64,000 nt of DNA from an uncultured delta proteobacterium (GCA_963755715.1 CAVWLW010000050.1:1-64000); one strand, 5' to 3'; positions 9,163 through 20,680 are shown, counted from the first letter of the stretch. Translations and numbers: made by a program. Notes: generated by a model from the letters alone, not told the origin.

Positions 9163-10240
9163 TCACCTCAGCTGGCCGCCCGGTATATGACAGAAGGCGC
9201 TCATCTCGTGGGCGAACGCCACCGGCGTCGCTTTGCAGACGTAACTCGGCGTGATCTGATCGATGCGGGTAACACCCATCAACGCCATGTCGATGGTGAT
9301 CTCTTCCTCGAGCAGCTCGAGCACCTTCACCAGGCCAGCTTGACCGCCCGCGCCCAAACCCCAGCCTTGGAGCTTGCCTATGGTGACGGCGCTGGCACCA
9401 AGCGCCAGAGCTTTCACGACGTCGGTGCCGCGGGTGATTCCGCCGTCGAGGATAATCGGAACTTTCCCGTTCACCGCCGCGGCGATTTCCGGTAGCGTGT
9501 CGATCGTGCCGAGGCCGTGGTCGAGCTGGCGGCCGCCGTGGTTGGAAATGTAGATCACGTCCACGCCATGATCGACGGCGAGCTTGGCGTCTTCCGCGGT
9601 GGCGATCCCTTTGATGATCAGCGGCATGCCGGCGATTTTTTTAATTTCCTTGGCCACCTCCCAGGTGAGCATCGCCTGATAGATGCGCCCGGATTCCCGG
9701 TGGCGGCTGGGCGGCTGCCAGCGGTTGAGCAGCGGCCGCTCGCGCCGGCTGTAGTGCGCCGTGTCGACGGTGAGGCAGAGCGCGATGTAGCCGGCCTTCT
9801 TCACCCGGCCGACGATCTCGGCACACCAGTCGAGACCGCCGCGAATGTAGAGTTGAAAAATTTTCGGATGGTCGATGCAAGCGGCGACCTCTTCGAGACT
9901 TGGCTGGGTGACCGAGCTGAGGAAGTTCATGGTGCCGAACTCCGCTGCCGCCTTGGCCACCGCCGCGCCGCCCTTCCGGCGTGATGGTTTGCAGCGATCC
10001 GATCGGCGCCATCATCACTGGGATGCGCAGCTTCTGCCCCAGGAATGTCGTCGACGTATCGACCTTGGAAACATCCACCAGCACCCGCGGCCGCAACCCG
10101 AGACAATCGAAGCCCAAACGGTTGCGCCGCATGGTCGTTTCCGACTCCGCCCCGCCGGTAAGGTAATCCCACACGTCCTGCGGCAGATTGCGCCGCGCCG
10201 CCTGAATAATCTCCTGATTGCTGACGTAATCGAAGCTCAT
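9163..10240 (-). CDS. FMN-dependent alpha-hydroxy acid oxidase/dehydrogenase, frameshift at about 9975
   Basis: Motifs WDYLTGGA, LRPRVL, APIG, LTVD, IKGI, SNHGGRQLD and DGGITRGTDVVKALALGA. Confidence 0.9.
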
Positions 10241-10410
10241 GGAAGATTCTCCTTCTGAACGAAGTCAACTTAAACTCGACGGCACAGTATCGAAGAGCGC
10301 GCCGAACTGTCAACATCGCCGTTTATACTTTCAAACCAAAAAAGAGGAAGGCGATATGCCTCCCTCTTTTACTTTTGATCTTTTGAATTCTTGAACCTTG
10401 AACTGAATTT

Positions 10411-11409
10411 CTATTTGCAGCTCATTGCCGGTTTATAAACCTGATGGATCGTCGAGCCGCTGCTGCCGCCCTGCGCCGTGCCGCCGCCGGTGAGATGAAT
10501 CAGACCCTTGATGAAAGCCATGCCGGTTACGCCGTGCACGGCGATCGGCATATCTTCGAGGTGAGTCCACGCATCGGTTACCGGATTGTAATAATCGTGA
10601 TCCGCATAGATTCCGTACGGATGTTCCGGATTGCCTTCGCCGCCGAATAGATGGAAACAACCGTTCGCGGCGATGCCGTTCACGCCGCCGCGCGGCCGCA
10701 GCATCGAATGGCGCTTCGACCACTGATTGGTTTTGGGATCAAAAACTTCGACGGCATCGGTCCGCTGACTCCTAAAGCCGCCTTCGAAGCGGCCGCCGAC
10801 GACATAGATTTTGCCGTCGATGGCGTCGGCCGCCAGATGATTTCTTTGCGTCGGTAAATTCGGCAACGTCGTCCAACGGTCCGCTTTCGGATCGTAGACC
10901 GCGAAATCTGCGCCGCCCGGCGGACGACCGCCGGCGACGTAAATTTTTCCATCGACCACCGCCGCGGCGCCGCCACCACGCCGGGTCGGCATGGGCGCGC
11001 GCGCCGTCCACTTGTTCGCCGCGGGATCATATTCATAGACGGTGTCTACAAATCCCGCTTTGTCCGGTTCGCTGGATTCAGTAGTCTGGCCGCCGATCGC
11101 GTAGACCTTGCCGTTGGCGCTGGCCGCCATAACGTGATTGAGCGGCACCGGCAGCGGCGCAACGATCTGCCACTTGTCGGTAGCGGAATCGTAAATTTGC
11201 ACCGTCGCCACGGTTTTGCGATCCGACGGATAGCCGCCGATGACGTAAATCTTGCCGTTCAACTCCGCTACGGCCGTTTCAGAATTCGGCACCGGCAGCG
11301 GCGCGGCCAAGCTCCAGCCATCGTATGCTGGCTTACGCTCTTGCAAAGCGCAGCCGACGGCACCCAGCATTGCGATGAACCACAGGATCAGCCGCCTGCG
11401 CTTCGTCAT
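10411..11409 (-). CDS. Kelch-repeat beta-propeller protein, probable lipoprotein
   Basis: Repeated GKIYVIGG...W...P.P units. The signal peptide ends in AVGC. Confidence 0.85.
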   Translation of the reverse strand: MTKRRRLILWFIAMLGAVGCALQERKPAYDGWSLAAPLPVPNSETAVAELNGKIYVIGGYPSDRKTVATVQIYDSATDKWQIVAPLPVPLNHVMAASANGKVYAIGGQTTESSEPDKAGFVDTVYEYDPAANKWTARAPMPTRRGGGAAAVVDGKIYVAGGRPPGGADFAVYDPKADRWTTLPNLPTQRNHLAADAIDGKIYVVGGRFEGGFRSQRTDAVEVFDPKTNQWSKRHSMLRPRGGVNGIAANGCFHLFGGEGNPEHPYGIYADHDYYNPVTDAWTHLEDMPIAVHGVTGMAFIKGLIHLTGGGTAQGGSSGSTIHQVYKPAMSCK

Positions 11410-11421
11410 CAGAATCTTTTG

Positions 11422-13095
11422 CTATCGCGTGACCGCGCCCTCGGACGCAGACGACACGAGCTTGGCATATTTCGCCATCACGCCGGTCTTGTAGCGCGGT
11501 GTTGGCGGCGTCCATTGGCTCAAGCGCGCTTTCAATTCTTGTTCCGAAATATCGACGTCCAATCGTCGCGCTTTGATGTCGAAAACAATCGTGTCGCCGT
11601 CGCGCAACGCCGCGATCGGTCCGCCATGCGCCGCTTCGGGCGCCACATGTCCTGCCATCAAGCCATGCGTAGCGCCGGAGAATCGCCCGTCGGTAAGAAG
11701 GGCGACGGAATCGCCCAATCCTGCACCGACCAGCGCCGCGGTAACGCCGAGCATCTCGCGCATTCCCGGCCCGCCCTTCGGCCCTTCGTAGCGAATCACG
11801 ACCACGTCGTTATCTTTGATCTTGCCGTGCTGAACAGCTTGAAAGGCATCTTCCTCACGATCGAAAACCCGCGCCGGCCCTTTGTGAATCATGCGCTCAT
11901 GACCCGCGACTTTGACCACGCAGCCTTCCGGCGCCAGATTACCTTTGAGAATAACTAAGCCGCCGGTTTGCTTTAGCGGATTTGCCATCGGCCGCACCAC
12001 CTCTTGCCCGGCAGTCTCTTTGGTCATCTGCGCCGCCTCGGCGATCGTCTTGCCCAAAACCGTCATCGCGTCGCCGTGAATCAATCCGGCTTCGATCAAG
12101 CGCTTGGCGACGAGCTGAATGCCCCCGGCTTTGTATAAATCGTTGGCGACAAACCGACCGCCCGGTTTGAGATCGGCGATCAGCGGCGTGCGCTCGCTGA
12201 TGCGGTCAAAGTCGTCGATGGTCAGTTCCACGCCGGCTTCGCGCGCAATCGCGAGCAAGTGCAACACTGCATTGGTCGAGCCGCCGGTAGCGGCGACCGA
12301 TGCAATGGCGTTTTCAATCGCTTTGCGCGTGAGAATCCGCGACGGCCGTAAATCCGCTTTGAGCAAATCCATAACCAACTTACCAGCATTGAACGCCGCT
12401 TCATCTTTTTCCCCAACGGTCGCGGGAATGCCGTTGCTGCCCATCGGCGAGATGCCGAGAAATTCCAGCACGGTCGACATGGTGTTGGCGGTAAATTGTC
12501 CGCCGCAGGCGCCCGCGCCGGGGCATGCAGCGTTTTCCACGGCGAGAAATTGCTCGGCGTCGATGCGCTTGCTGGCGTAAGCGCCCACCGCTTCGAAGAC
12601 GTCTTGAATCGTGAGATCTTTATCGCCCAGATGCCCCGGCGCGATCGAACCGCCGTAGAGCGCCAAACCGGGAATATCGAGACGCGCCAGCGCCATCACC
12701 ACACCGGGGTTGGTCTTGTCGCAGCCGGATAAACAAACCAGCGCGTCGAAATGATTACCGCGCGCGACCAACTCGATCGAATCGGCGATCACCTCGCGGC
12801 TGATCAGCGAGCATTTCATGCCTTCCGCGCCCATGCTGATGCCGTCCGAGATCGATACCGTGTTAAATTCCATCGGCGTACCGCCGGCGGCGCGAATGCC
12901 TTCCTTCACCTTGGCCGCGAGCCGGCGCAAATGATAATTGCACGGCCCGATCTCGATCCAGGTATTGGCCACGCCGACGATCGGCCGGCGCAAGTCTTCG
13001 TCGGTAAAACCCACCGCTTTGAGCATCGCCCGCGACGGCGCGCGGTCGGGCCCATCAGTGATCACTCCGCTCCTGGGCTTCAAATTTTCGGCCAT
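11422..13095 (-). CDS. ilvD: Dihydroxy-acid dehydratase
   Basis: Motifs [48 protein letters not shown] and GHVAPEA. Confidence 0.97.
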   Translation of the reverse strand: MAENLKPRSGVITDGPDRAPSRAMLKAVGFTDEDLRRPIVGVANTWIEIGPCNYHLRRLAAKVKEGIRAAGGTPMEFNTVSISDGISMGAEGMKCSLISREVIADSIELVARGNHFDALVCLSGCDKTNPGVVMALARLDIPGLALYGGSIAPGHLGDKDLTIQDVFEAVGAYASKRIDAEQFLAVENAACPGAGACGGQFTANTMSTVLEFLGISPMGSNGIPATVGEKDEAAFNAGKLVMDLLKADLRPSRILTRKAIENAIASVAATGGSTNAVLHLLAIAREAGVELTIDDFDRISERTPLIADLKPGGRFVANDLYKAGGIQLVAKRLIEAGLIHGDAMTVLGKTIAEAAQMTKETAGQEVVRPMANPLKQTGGLVILKGNLAPEGCVVKVAGHERMIHKGPARVFDREEDAFQAVQHGKIKDNDVVVIRYEGPKGGPGMREMLGVTAALVGAGLGDSVALLTDGRFSGATHGLMAGHVAPEAAHGGPIAALRDGDTIVFDIKARRLDVDISEQELKARLSQWTPPTPRYKTGVMAKYAKLVSSASEGAVTR

Positions 13096-13228
13096 ATATC
13101 GCTCCTGGTTACGAGTAATGAAGAGGTTTTTAATTAACTATGCCGTCGCGCTGTTTGCAAGCCGGTGCTGCTATCGAAAACTGCTTTGTTCTTGAAGCGT
13201 CTCGTCCCAAACTCTATCGTAGTAGTGA

Positions 13229-13837
13229 ATGGAATTTAAAACGCTGCGCCGAAAATTTGCATTGATATTGCTCCTGGCAGGTTTGGCAAGTTCAAGCATC
13301 GCCGCGGTCCAACTCTCCAAAGAGCAAGGCAATGCCCTTGAGCGCAAGATCGACGAGATCGCCAAGAACGGTTCGAGTCATCCCGTACAGTCGAAGAAAA
13401 CCTTGATATCGGAACGCGAAGTTGCGGCCTATCTGGCGTTCAACGGCAAAGACAAAATTCCTCGCGGTCTGACCAATCCAGAAATCTCCATGCTCGGCAA
13501 CGGCAATCTTGCCGGACGGGTTTTTGTCGATATCGATGAGTTTAAACGCCAGCGCGGTTCGGGCGGCTTCATGGACCCGCTCAGTTATGTTTCCGGTCAG
13601 GTGCCTCTCACGGCGCGCGGCGTTCTCACTAGCCGCGACGGCAGAGGACAATTTCAACTGGGCTCAGCCGAGATCCTCGGCGTTCCACTGCCGAGGCCGA
13701 TTGTACAGGAGCTCGTCAGTTTCTTCTCGCGTACGCCTGAATATCCGCGCGGATTCAACATCGACGAGCCGTTTAACCTTCCTGCAAAAATCCGCCAAGT
13801 CGCGGTCAACCAGGGAGAAGCGCTTATTGTCCAGTGA
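13229..13837 (+). CDS. Secreted hypothetical protein (possibly LmeA/DUF2993-like)
   Basis: Clean 202 aa ORF with a signal peptide. The family assignment is tentative. Confidence 0.6.
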   Translation: MEFKTLRRKFALILLLAGLASSSIAAVQLSKEQGNALERKIDEIAKNGSSHPVQSKKTLISEREVAAYLAFNGKDKIPRGLTNPEISMLGNGNLAGRVFVDIDEFKRQRGSGGFMDPLSYVSGQVPLTARGVLTSRDGRGQFQLGSAEILGVPLPRPIVQELVSFFSRTPEYPRGFNIDEPFNLPAKIRQVAVNQGEALIVQ

Positions 13838-13875
13838 TAAAAAAATCCGAGGGCGAGAACGAAATTTAAATAGTC

Positions 13876-14028
13876 AGTAGTGGTTCCATCCGCCGTGAGT
13901 CTTAACATCGAGAAAGATTTCTCGCTCCCGCTCGAAATGACAACTAAATAAGTAATTGTCATCTCGAACCCTTCGGAGTGACTCAGGGTAGACTCCGTGA
14001 GAGATCTTTCTCAAACTGAACCACCACC
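13876..14028. repeat. Nested palindromic miniature element
   Basis: Outer ends agtagtggttc ... gaaccaccacc. Inner inverted pairs gagaaagat/atctttctc and cgaaatgacaa/ttgtcatctcg enclose a cccttcg...ctcagggtagactccg unit. Confidence 0.6.
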
Positions 14029-14069
14029 CAACAATCAGACGAGCAATCTGCTCAGGCGCCGCGTTTAAA

Positions 14070-14216
14070 TCACCTTTTGTAAAGCTTATCGATAAAGCCG
14101 CTCTGATCGAGCTCTTTCAATAGCGCCAGATTGACAAACTCCTCGGGCTTGGCGCCTTTCGCTTTAGGATTGCGCTTGGCCACATCCTCGATCTGGAACT
14201 CGATCCCCTTCATCGA
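14070..14216 (-). pseudogene. C-terminal remnant of an ABC substrate-binding protein
   Basis: Manual translation gives SMKGIEFQIEDVAKRNPKAKGAKPEEFVNLALLKELDQSGFIDKLYKR*, homologous to the C-termini of the intact SBPs in this window. Confidence 0.75.
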
Positions 14217-14555
14217 TCGCGAGATCTGTCGCCATGCTGCACCACGCCAACCTCGTCGTCACGGCGTGGGATGAAGATTTATTAGTCGGCATCGCGCGCA
14301 CGCTCAGCGATTTTGCTTATGTCGGCTATCTCGCCGATCTCGCCGTACGCGCGTCGCACCAGCGCCAGGGCATCGGCACCGCCCTCATCCAAAAAACTCG
14401 TGAACAGATGGGCTCGCCGCTCCATGTTGGTGCTCCTGTCCGCGCCGAAAGCGGTCGCCTATTATCCAAAGATGGGCTTTACCCGACATGAAGCGCCTGG
14501 ATTTTGCGCGCCGACAAGCCGTGGACAATTCCCGCCGTTGACAGTCTCTCATTGA
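14217..14555 (+). pseudogene. GNAT acetyltransferase, N-terminus lost and frameshifted
   Basis: LVGIARTLSDFAYVGYLADLAVRASHQRQGIGTALI (motif A), followed in another frame by LLSAPKAVAYYPKMGF. Confidence 0.8.
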
Positions 14556-14705
14556 TTTTAATCGCGCTTTAAGGAATAGGCTTTATGCGCTAAAATAGTG
14601 AGATTTTGCGTCCGTCGGATTAACTACCTTGAGCAGGGCATCGGCATCTAAAGGATGGTATTGTTGGTTTGGCGCGCTGGCTGAAAGACAAGAATTGGAG
14701 ACAAT

Positions 14706-15695
14706 GTGGTTAAACCTCATCCGCTTTTCTTACGTTCTTTAGTACTGCTCTCACTGGCTCTCGCCCACCCGTTTCCGGTGCAGGCCAATGGCCCGGTCAT
14801 GGCGGGAGTCGCAGGGCCGGGCGTTAACTTGATCTACGCATATCTCGCTCAGGACGCGGGAATGTGGAAAAAGCATGGCCTTGACGTGCGCGTAGTCCTA
14901 TTTGAATCCGGTTCGACGCTTGCCCAGGTTGCCCGAACTGGTGAGGTTAAGTTTGCGATCAATTCCGGGCCGGGGACGATCGCCGCGCGCACTCAGGGCG
15001 CAGACGCCGTGATTGTCGCCGCCGTCGTCAACACCCTTCCCTACAGTTTGGTTGCTACGAAGGGAATCACCAAATGGGCCGATCTCAAGGGGAAAAAAAT
15101 CGGCATCAGCCGTATTGGGTCAGGAACCGACACTGCCATTCGTCTGGTGTGCAAGAAATTCGGCCTCGACCCCACTAAAGACATCATCATCTTGCAAGGG
15201 GGTACTCAGCCGAGCCGCTTACAGGCTTTGTCGGTGGGCGCCCTGGATGCCACGTTGGTATCCCCGCCCTTGGATTTGACCGCGAAGAAGCAGGGCTTCT
15301 CCGTGTTGGTAAACGTCGCGGAGCTGGGCATTCCCTATCCCCAGCTCGTGATCGAAACCAGCGACCGTTTCAATCGGGAAAATCCGCAAACAGTCAAGAG
15401 CTTCTTGAAAGGATTCATCGAAGGCGTTCACTACGTCGCGACGCACAAAGACGAAACTAAAAAGATCATCACCAAGTATCTGAAGGCCTCCGACCCGGAG
15501 ATTCTTGAATCGACTTACCAGAGTTTTCTCCAGGTGACCGACTACAGCGCCAATCCACACCTCGAAGGCATTCGCAACGCCATCGACGAAGTGGCGCAAC
15601 GCGTCCCGGCGGCGCACGGCAAGAAACCGGAAAACTTTGTGGATTTACGGTTTCTCAAGGAATTACAGCGAGAGAACTTTTTCAAGCAGTTTTAA
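14706..15695 (+). CDS. ABC transporter substrate-binding protein (NMT1/THI5/SsuA-like)
   Basis: Signal peptide, plus DLKGKKIGISRIGSGT and the typical PENFVD..FLKEL tail. Confidence 0.88.
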   Translation: MVKPHPLFLRSLVLLSLALAHPFPVQANGPVMAGVAGPGVNLIYAYLAQDAGMWKKHGLDVRVVLFESGSTLAQVARTGEVKFAINSGPGTIAARTQGADAVIVAAVVNTLPYSLVATKGITKWADLKGKKIGISRIGSGTDTAIRLVCKKFGLDPTKDIIILQGGTQPSRLQALSVGALDATLVSPPLDLTAKKQGFSVLVNVAELGIPYPQLVIETSDRFNRENPQTVKSFLKGFIEGVHYVATHKDETKKIITKYLKASDPEILESTYQSFLQVTDYSANPHLEGIRNAIDEVAQRVPAAHGKKPENFVDLRFLKELQRENFFKQF

Positions 15696-15861
15696 AATTG
15701 ACTGATGCTCCGCGTTACACGATGTGACAATATCCCCTGGGTGTTTGAACGTGTGCGCCACACATTCACTGCCAATACCCTCCTCGCGGCGAATAGCTAG
15801 TTGCTATTGAATTCGACTCGGTCATTGGGTTATAAGCTCAACACTTCAGCCGAGGTAGATT

Positions 15862-16860
15862 GTGAAGCAAATGTATTCGATCCCAGCCGGTAGATTAGCG
15901 GCGTTGATGCTAGCGCTGTTGGTTTTTCCGGTTTCGCTTCTCGCCGTCGATCAACCGATCGTCGGCATCGCCGGCCCTGCGATTAACATGATCTACTCTT
16001 TCGTTGCCCGCGACGCCGGGCTCTTTCAGAAGCATGGCATCGATCCCAAGCTGGTTGTCTTCGACTCCGGCTCGGTGCTGGCCCAAGCTGCCCTAGCCGG
16101 TGACGTTAAGATCTCCGTAACCTCAGGCCCGGTGACCATCGCGTCACGCACTCAAGGCGCAGACGCCATCTTGATCGCCAGTTTTGTGAACACCCCGCCC
16201 TACAGCATCGTCGCGGCCAAAGGTATTACCAAGTGGGAACAGCTGAAGGGAAAGAGAATCGCCATGAGCCGTTTCGGCTCGGGCACTGATACTTCGCTTC
16301 GTCTTGTGCTTAGAAAATTCGGCCTCGACGCGAATAAAGATCTAATCGTGCTGCAACTCGGCACCCAGCCGAGCCGTTATCAGGCCTTGGTCGCCGGCAA
16401 TATCGAAGCGACAATAATCTCACCACCGCTGGATCTCACGGCAAAAAAGCAGGGATTTAACATTTTAGTCAACATCGCGGAGCTGGGAATTCCCTATCCA
16501 CAGCAGGGCATCGAAACCACCGACCGCGTCATCCGTGAGAGTCCGCACCTAGTGAAAGCATTTCTCAAAGGATATATGGAAGGCGTTTACTATGCCGCTA
16601 AGTTCAAAGACTCAACCAAAAAAATCATTACCAAATATTTAAAAACGACCGATCCCGAAATTCTTGAGGCGACCGTCCAAAGTTATATTCAGGTAACCGA
16701 CTACACCGGCTATCCGAACCTGGAAGGCATTCGCAACGCCATGGATGAAGTCGCATTAAGAGTTCCGACGGTAAAGAATAAAAAGCCCGAAGATTTCGTC
16801 AACACCCGATTCCTCAAGGAGCTAGAAAAAGACGGCTTTTTGAAATCCTTAAGCAAGTAA
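15862..16860 (+). CDS. ABC transporter substrate-binding protein (NMT1/THI5/SsuA-like), tandem paralog
   Basis: Highly similar to the upstream gene, for example SPPLDLTAKKQGF..LVN.AELGIPYPQ. Confidence 0.88.
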   Translation: MKQMYSIPAGRLAALMLALLVFPVSLLAVDQPIVGIAGPAINMIYSFVARDAGLFQKHGIDPKLVVFDSGSVLAQAALAGDVKISVTSGPVTIASRTQGADAILIASFVNTPPYSIVAAKGITKWEQLKGKRIAMSRFGSGTDTSLRLVLRKFGLDANKDLIVLQLGTQPSRYQALVAGNIEATIISPPLDLTAKKQGFNILVNIAELGIPYPQQGIETTDRVIRESPHLVKAFLKGYMEGVYYAAKFKDSTKKIITKYLKTTDPEILEATVQSYIQVTDYTGYPNLEGIRNAMDEVALRVPTVKNKKPEDFVNTRFLKELEKDGFLKSLSK

Positions 16861-16907
16861 TCAATCTCGCCAACCTCAGCGGTGTCTTCGCGCCTACTCG
16901 ATAAAGT

Positions 16908-17421
16908 ATGTCAAGTTTGCGCTTCAAGCAGGTCGACGTCTCTCGAGCCAGATCAAATTCAGCGACTAATGGTGGCCTTGGGCACAACAAGAAACAATCC
17001 GCCCGCACCACTACGCGTTGATGTCGGTGTGGTGTGGTTGATTGTGGATCTGGGCGATGCACGGGCTGTCGATGGATTGAATCCTGATCTGGGAAGCCTA
17101 GGCAAAATCAGCGCTGAAACTCATGCAGCCGGTGTAACTATTTTTGGTCAGATGAAGGATGGGCCGGCGCGCCTGCACGTGCGTTCGTTTGCACCCGCAC
17201 TCGGCGTACCTGAAGATCCGGTTTGCGGTAGCGGCAACGCCAGCGTTGCCGCATATCTAATTCACACGGGATTGATAAGCGGAATTGGCACCGACTACAC
17301 AGCCCGGCAAGGCATGAACGTCGGTCGTGACGGTTTGGTGGCGGTGAAGGTCGCTGGCGACGAGATCAGCATCGGCGGCTATGCGGTGACCTGCGTCGAC
17401 GGCACCTTATGCGTCGCGTGA
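16908..17421 (+). pseudogene. PhzF-family isomerase with a large internal deletion
   Basis: ATG 16908 gives MSSLRFKQVDV, the family N-terminus. It jumps out of frame to the C-terminal half with HVRSFAPALGVPEDPVCGSGN and QG...GRDG. Confidence 0.8.
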
Positions 17422-17565
17422 TGTCGGTTTGGAATTTTTGTTGATGCTTTTCCATGACCGCAAGGGAAGCTCTTTCAGCCCGTTTGGCTTCTCGACAAAC
17501 ATGCGGAGTCCGGTTAGCACAAAAACGCTCACCAAGAGCCCGTAAGAAATTAAGTCAGATAGCAT
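17407..17565 (-). CDS. Small 52-aa protein with an N-terminal hydrophobic segment
   Basis: MLSDLISYGLLVSVFVLTGLRMFVEKPNGLKELPLRSWKSINKNSKPTSRDA*, preceded by the strong RBS AGGAGG-AACC-ATG. It falls below the ORF-track length cutoff. Confidence 0.55.
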   Translation of the reverse strand: MLSDLISYGLLVSVFVLTGLRMFVEKPNGLKELPLRSWKSINKNSKPTSRDA

Positions 17566-17621
17566 GGTTCCTCCTGTTCAGTTAACCGGTGTCTCACCGG
17601 CGTTATAGAGGACCAGCGAAA

Positions 17622-17637
17622 CGCAAAACACGAGCCA
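17622..17637 (-). promoter_or_regulatory. Sigma-54 (-24/-12) promoter
   Basis: TGGCTCG-TGTT-TTGCG against the consensus TGGCACG-N4-TTGC, with exact GG-N10-GC spacing, about 55 bp upstream of the small ORF. Confidence 0.6.
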
Positions 17638-17834
17638 TTAGCAATCTCTCGATCCGAAACCGCTAAGTGGTTGAATCGTCGATATTCCTATCCAACTCGC
17701 GCCGACGTTATACGAAACTTTTGCGTAGATCTTAGACATTTATGCTCAATCGACGCGAGTGAGGGCGTTGTTGCGCTTGTCGAGTTTTCCGTGAAATATG
17801 CCACCAGGGGCTATCGGACGCTCGGCAACGCCGA

Positions 17835-18960
17835 TCACCCCCACACGTCCTTCGCCACCTGCACGACCAATTTCAACTTCGCGATCTGATCGTCGATCGT
17901 CAATTTGTTGCCCAGCACGGTGCTGGAAAAGCCGCACTGCGGGCTGATGCCGAGCTGATCGAGAGGCACGAGCTTGCTCGCTTCGTCGATACGCCGTTTG
18001 AGATCGTCAGCTTTTTCCAATTCTCCGCTCTTGGTTGTGACCAGCCCCAGAATCAGTTTTTTGTCTTTGGGCAGGTAACGTAGCGGCGCGAAGTTTCCCG
18101 CTCGCGGCGTATCGAATTCCAAAAAATAACCGTCGACCTTCAAAGCGTTGAACAAGACTTCGGCAACCGGATCGTAGCCCCCTTCAGCGACCCAAGAACT
18201 GCGGAAATTACCACGGCAAAGATGCGTGCATACTGACATGTTTGCTGGGCGATCTTTGATGCATTCGTTGATCAGCTCGGCATACAGCGCCGGCAGTTTG
18301 TCCGGGTCTTCGCCGATCTTCTTTGCCCCTTCACGCATTTTGGGATCGCAGAGATAGGCAAAATTCACATCATCGATCTCCAGATAGGTGCAGCCTGCCT
18401 GGGCAAGTTGAGCGATCTCCTCACGATAAACTCGCGCCAGGTCGAGTGAAGAAATTCTCCATATTAGGATACGCCGTCTTATCCACGCCGGCCCGGCCGC
18501 TACGAAAATGCACCAATGTTGGCGACGGAATACACTGCTTGGCTGTCTGCTTGGTCAGCGAAGCGAGGAATTTGAAATTGTCGACTTCAATGCCATGCGC
18601 ATGACGCAGCGTACCGGTGACGACGAATTGAGTTGGCGAGCGCTGCACATCAGCATCGGGATTTTGAAAATGCTTGGCCGAGTCGGGCAGCAGTCCTTCG
18701 ACCACTTTCACCCCTTCGATCTGGCTCAGAAAATCGGCATGCCATAGAGTGCGGCGAAATTCGCCGTCGGTGATGCCCTGCATGCCGACGTCTTCCTGCA
18801 TCTTCACCGCGTCGCGGATGCAGCGATCCTCCACTTCTCTAAGTTGCGCGGCGGTAATTTCGCTCTTCTGATGTTTTTCCCGCGCCTGCCTAAGCTCCGG
18901 CGGCCTCAACAAACTGCCGACGTGATTGGCACGAAACGGCGCCTTTTTTTCATTTGCCAT
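17835..18960 (-). CDS. Cobalamin-independent methionine synthase II family protein (YxjH/YxjG-like), frameshift at about 18440
   Basis: Motifs HVGSLLRP, TDGEFRR, HLCRGN, FLEFD and SPQCGFSS (Zn ligands H-x-C...C). Confidence 0.9.
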
Positions 18961-19057
18961 AAAACAAACTCCCTTTATTCTGTCTTCTTCGATCTATGCT
19001 TTGTTGGTTTTTTGTACTAAATCCTCGGCTAGTCTTCGCTGGAAAGGAATATTGCTC

Positions 19058-19880
19058 ATGCGGACCGAACTTATCAGTATCCCAACGCCAACCCATCCTC
19101 TCGACGGTGTCTACTACACGCCCGATGTTCCGAGCAAGGGCGCGGCGATGTATTGCCACGGCAATCAGATGAATTTCTACGTCTGCGCCGCGCGTTTTCT
19201 CGCGCCGCACATCACCGCGCTTGGCTATGATTTTATGCCGTTCAATCGGCGCGGCCACGATTCGGTGAGCACCTATGATAGCCGCGAGGGTGTGGGCGGC
19301 GCTTATCAGACCGTCGCGGAAGGCATCGAAGACAATGAGCTTGGCAGCAAAATATCTTGTCGATAAAGGATATAAGAACCCGATCGTCATCGGTCACAGC
19401 AACGGCGGCGTACTCGCCAGCGAGCATGTCGCGCGCCACCCCGAAACTCGCGCGCTGATTTTGCTCTCCGCCCATGCCGGCGGCAATCGCCTGACTAATC
19501 CGCGCTCGGCGCGCAATTTTTCATTGGCCGGAGATACCGAGGCGCAGACCAAAGAAGCCAAAGCGTTGATCGCCGCCGGCAAACCGCGCCAGCTCATGCT
19601 GATCCCGGCGTGGTGGTGGGTCATCTCAGCGCGCACGTTTCTCGATCGGCTCAGCAATGCGCCGGACTTAGTCGAGAATGCCAAGCGGATCAAATGTCCC
19701 GTGCTGTTTATTCGTGGCGATCAAGAACCGATGGAAAATTATCCCGCGGAACGCTTTAAAGAAAACTGCGCCGGCCCGTGCGAGATCGCGATCATCCCCA
19801 ACTGCGATCACTTCTACGTCGGCGCGGAAGAGAAAGTGGCGAAGATTGTAACGGACTGGCTAACGAGAACGTTAGGGTAG
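19058..19880 (+). CDS. Alpha/beta hydrolase, frameshift at about 19340
   Basis: Motifs HG, NRRGHD, nucleophile GHSNGG, GD.E and DHFY. Confidence 0.85.
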
Positions 19881-19917
19881 GCCCTCACCCTTCCCTCTCC
19901 CGCAAGCGGGCGAGGGT
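19881..19917. repeat. REP-like hairpin between convergent genes
   Basis: CCCTCACCCTT-CCCTCTCCCGC-AA-GCGGGCGAGGG. Confidence 0.7.
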
Positions 19918-19957
19918 AAAACAATTCAGTGAACGAAGTTGCCCATCACTCCAATTG

Positions 19958-20680
19958 TTATTCGCCCATTGCCGGCCACTCGCGTAACAAACGGCCGTAG
20001 CCGTTCACTGGATATTTCATCCCGAGCTTGGAGAGCACGTACCAGAGCATGGCCGGATTGCTGGCAATTACCGTTGCCTTGAGCTCGCTCTCGATCTTGT
20101 CCAGGGCCTTAATGGGATCGAGCACCGCGCCTTGAAAATAGATCGCGTCGACCTTGCCGACGGCTGCCAAATTCTTTTTCGTCAGGTCGAAAACTTCGTC
20201 CGGCGTCATCCGCTTCGGCACCGCGAGCTCGTCGAAGGAATTGGGCGACAGCGCGGTCACACCTGCTTTGGCGAGATGCGCGACGATCAAATCGTTCAAG
20301 CGCGCGTCGAACGGCGTAAGCAAAAGAACCTTGGGCGCGGAGTAAACTCGCAGCGCCGCGACGCAGGCGTTGAGTGCGGTGGTGAAAGGAATTGAGACGG
20401 CCGCTTTCAAATCATCGAACAATCCCGGATTGAGCACCTCAGTCGGCGCGGCGGTAAGAATCAGTCCGTCCCATTTACGCTCAGCGATGAACTCCTTCAC
20501 TCGGCGCAGAATAATTTCTTTCTTGTCCGAGATCTCGTAAAGCGATTTCCCGTAGAGCTGCAGCCCTTGAAAGTCGATCTCGACCTCTTTGGGGACGATC
20601 GGAAGAAAACTATGATAATGCGGCATCGAGCTCGTGCCGCCGCTCACGAAACCGATTTTCGCCTTGACGCCATCAACCAT
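19958..20680 (-). CDS. Asp/Glu racemase superfamily (maleate isomerase / arylmalonate decarboxylase-like) protein
   Basis: Motifs LLLTPF, DAIYF, IESELKATVIASNPAMLW and GYGRLL. The catalytic Cys positions are not conserved. Confidence 0.75.
   Translation of the reverse strand: MVDGVKAKIGFVSGGTSSMPHYHSFLPIVPKEVEIDFQGLQLYGKSLYEISDKKEIILRRVKEFIAERKWDGLILTAAPTEVLNPGLFDDLKAAVSIPFTTALNACVAALRVYSAPKVLLLTPFDARLNDLIVAHLAKAGVTALSPNSFDELAVPKRMTPDEVFDLTKKNLAAVGKVDAIYFQGAVLDPIKALDKIESELKATVIASNPAMLWYVLSKLGMKYPVNGYGRLLREWPAMGE

Noticed and set aside
17835-18960. Naming the gene metE
   Set aside because: It is the single-barrel (about 375 aa) family and lacks the N-terminal folate-binding half, so methionine synthase activity is not assured.
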